From positions 90,210,001 through 90,274,000 of the forward strand of contig OX597818.1 in the NCBI GenBank assembly GCA_951406725.2: DNA of 64,000 bases, read 5' to 3'. This document shows positions 1 through 64,000 of the stretch, in pieces. A model generated the notes under the pieces. That model saw only the letters and a program-made list of their open reading frames with translations, had not been told where the DNA came from and ran no database searches. Position 1 is the stretch's first letter. Each line of letters opens with the position of its first letter. Origin of the DNA: Octopus vulgaris. Lineage: Eukaryota. Both the position numbers and the translations under genes were made by a program.

Positions 1-121
1 AATAAATATCTTCTAGTCTACCTCACCATCAGTCTTTCACTCCACTCGTTGTTTCACCCCATACTCTAGAACCACACTCTCACTCAAACTACTTATCTTG
101 CTCCTCTTCTCTTTGTTTTAG

Positions 122-60929
<60,808 letters not shown>

Positions 60930-61631
60930 GTAGGTATCATTGTTGTAATCATTCATTATAGAGTGAAGGCCGGCAATCCGGCAGGATCGTTAGCATTCCA
61001 AACAGAACTTAGAGGTATTTTGTCCGTTTGTATGTTTTGAGTTCAAATTTCGCCGAGGTCGACTTTGCCCTTTCATCCTTTCGGAGTTGACTGAAGTAAA
61101 CGACTTGTTCCGTCCCGCAAAATGTCTGGCCTTGTGCTTATAGTAGATAAATATTACTGATCGAAAAGTTGTTTTGACATGCCAGTCGGTCTGAAAAATA
61201 AGAGGTCTTCAAAGAAGCTTCGGCTGTCCTTAGCTGATACAATGTGCTATTGCAATTATTCTTTTAAAGATGATTAACCTTGTGGCAGCAACTATTTGTG
61301 GTATATTTAATTTTGTGGAACCCGAACAAGGAAGTGCTGAAAATATATTAGTAAAAGAAAGGCGATAGTTAAAAAGAACTTGAGAAGCACTGGATTACAG
61401 GAATACAAGATCAAAGTGAAAAGTGAGACCATATCTAAGCTGACTCACACATAATAAAATCCTACAGGTGAGGGTAAGCAGGGTGATGGTATTCAATAAT
61501 ACATAAGTAGGGTATATTATATGTTGTGGTGAATCCGTTTGACGGATCATCTAAAAGAGTATTATAGATGGGCCACATAAGGAAAAACAAGAGTGGCAGG
61601 GCGAAGAACAAAAGCAATAATATTTAATTTA

Positions 61632-62057
61632 AATTTTGGCAAAAGGTGCACAACTTCGAGGTAGGGAGATCAATTGATTACTTCGACCCCGGTGCTTAAC
61701 TGATAATTATTTTATCGATCTGGAGAGGATGAAGAGCAGAGTCGAGCCCGGCAGCATTTGAAATCAGAACGTAAAGTCGGAAGAAACACTGCTAAGCATT
61801 TTGCCCGGCGTGTTGACGATTCTCTTTAACAAGGGAAGCAATATTCATTTCTACTAGGGGCACAAGGCCTGAAATTTTGGGTGATGAGTAAGTCGATTAC
61901 ATCGGTTCAAGTGCTCAACTGGTACTTATTATATCGACCCGGGAAGGATGAAAGGTAAAGTCGACCTCGGCGGAATTTAATCTCAAAAAGCAGAGACGGA
62001 CGAAATGCCGCCAAGCAATTTTTCCGGCGTTGCTAACGATTCTGCTAACTCGCCTAC
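61632..62057 (-). mobile_element. Two diverged SINE family A copies
   Basis: aggatgaaaggtaaagtcgacctcggcggaattt core present twice. Confidence 0.75.
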
Positions 62058-62500
62058 TTAGCAAGAGCGATAACACTAGCAACAAAGACGTCTTTTATGA
62101 TTGACTATCTGCTCGTATCGCTTCTTGACCACATCGATTCTCAGACATCTCCATAACAAAATATTTCTTTACATACCAGACAGTGCACTAGTTGTTACTT
62201 CCGGTCTTAAAATAATGCTTAACCGTGTTGGATGGTACGAAAATACTCACTTCCAGCCGACAATGTGTCTACAGCATATCACATTTGCACTAATTATCTT
62301 GTTAATAATTTCAGATTTTCATTTAACTAGTTCTAAAGTTAGATTGGTGATATTGGTTCAGCTGAAGGTCACGTTGAGCATCTGTAGGTTTATGTTTGTA
62401 GCATGTGCATTACCTGCGGCATATTTGAAGATGGTGGGAAGATGATGCTCTGGAAAAAATGACTGGGTGGAGTGTTTCGTGTTAAAGCACATAACTACGC

Positions 62501-62534
<34 letters not shown>

Positions 62535-62739
62535 CTACGCGTATATATATGCACATATACATGTACATACATGAATGCACGTATGCCTACATACATACAA
62601 ACATTCATTCGAGCATCAACATGCATACACATATACTTTCCTTCACATACATACACACTCAAGTGCACATACACAAACATACATACATACATACATACAT
62701 ACATACATACATACATACATACATACATACATACATACG

Positions 62740-62975
62740 TACAAGCGTATTTTCACGTTTTAAGACAAACACAGCTGTTGAAAAACATCGGCTTCAATGC
62801 CTCCAAGAAATGCAATACAAACAATCCCGACGTTGTCATTTGGGACATGAATAGAAATAGTTTACTGATGCAGAGGTCAGCTTCCCAGCACTGATAACCA
62901 TTTCTATCAAAATTAATGAGCAAGTAAACATGTGAGCTCAATTGTCTTGGAACCTACAACTTCTATATCCAGTTT
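62740..62975 (+). mobile_element. Decayed R4/Dong-like RLE fragment
   Basis: NNPDVVIWDMN, (frameshift) EVSFPA and NLQLLYP resemble the RLE PD..E motif region. Confidence 0.55.
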
Positions 62976-63186
62976 ATATATATATATATTTGTACGTATA
63001 AAAATAGAATAGAAGTTATTGAATATTTAAGTAATAATAAGTGAAAGGTGGAAGTTTTGGTAAATGAGTGAAACCATTTAGTAATTATATTTATTGTGTT
63101 ATCTAAATTCCCATGACGGAGCATTGTTTCTATATTAGAAACCGACACCTTTACAAACAAATAAATAGATGAATATATATATATAT

Positions 63187-63219
<33 letters not shown>

Positions 63220-63258
63220 ATTCCGGGCGTGTGATTATGAGCGTGCATATATATGTAT

Positions 63259-63331
<73 letters not shown>

Positions 63332-63577
63332 TATATAAAATCAAGGTGCAGAATTGGGGTATTCCGAATGAACATGGTAATGTAATCCGATGGGGGTCCG
63401 TGTGAGCGTGCGGTAAATAGTAGATCCCCCAAATTAAATAAATAAAAGCGGGGAACAAACACAAGAAAACAAAACAACAACGCGAGGACTTGGTGCATGC
63501 AAAGTATTAGAAGACACTCAAGAAAGGAAAGAAAAGGTGGTTTACGTTTCGATCAAAGTTCTTCTTCAGAAGCAGAA

Positions 63578-63628
<51 letters not shown>

Positions 63629-63702
63629 TCATCATCATCATCATCATCATCGTTTAACGTCCGCTTTGCATGCTAGCATGGGTTGGACGGTTCAACGCCA
63701 TG

Positions 63703-63740
<38 letters not shown>

Positions 63741-64000
63741 ATTAGGATTATATGCTTATATGAATGGGACCAAGCTGTGATACCGCCAGTCTTATCAGCG
63801 TTACAATGGCTATTCTATTGTGATTGGCTTTTGGTGATGGAAAAAGTATTGCTGTTACCTTTTGGGCTTCTTGCAATGATGTAGGATCATGTTCGACAGC
63901 TGAACGTCAAGTTGTTTCTTGTAACCATCTAACCTCCCTCCATGTAGATACCTCACTTTTTTGACAAGCTGTAGGCCTTTGAATCACACGCTTGTACTGT

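Noticed and set aside
62101-62445. 114-aa ORF as a terminal exon of the gene
   Set aside because: No domain or linker motif and no convincing support for the splice acceptor

Overview
AT-rich, microsatellite-dense eukaryotic genomic DNA. The tRNA-derived SINE families suggest an octopus (cephalopod) genome; this is an inference from recall, not a search. The window lies inside one large + strand multi-exon gene with no start or stop codon visible. By hand I reconstruct 27 GT-AG exons, all symmetric phase 1-1 (7104 nt, about 2368 codons, no junction stops). They encode 11 tandem chitin-binding type-2 (peritrophin-A/CBM14)-like domains with an unusual C-x8-C-x2-C-x17-C-x9-C-x12-C framework, 15 short linker exons with recurring motifs, and one 3960-nt exon encoding about 1320 aa of a Gly-rich decapeptide repeat. 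The introns hold several SINE families, a decayed mariner, Dong/R4-like LINE ends in (AAT)n tracts, a decayed Penelope element, about a dozen hammerhead-ribozyme-like motifs (one near-intact on the sense strand), several inverted repeats, and a divergent 28S-rRNA-like segment with apparent compensatory stem changes. Most short ORFs in the supplied track are microsatellite artefacts.
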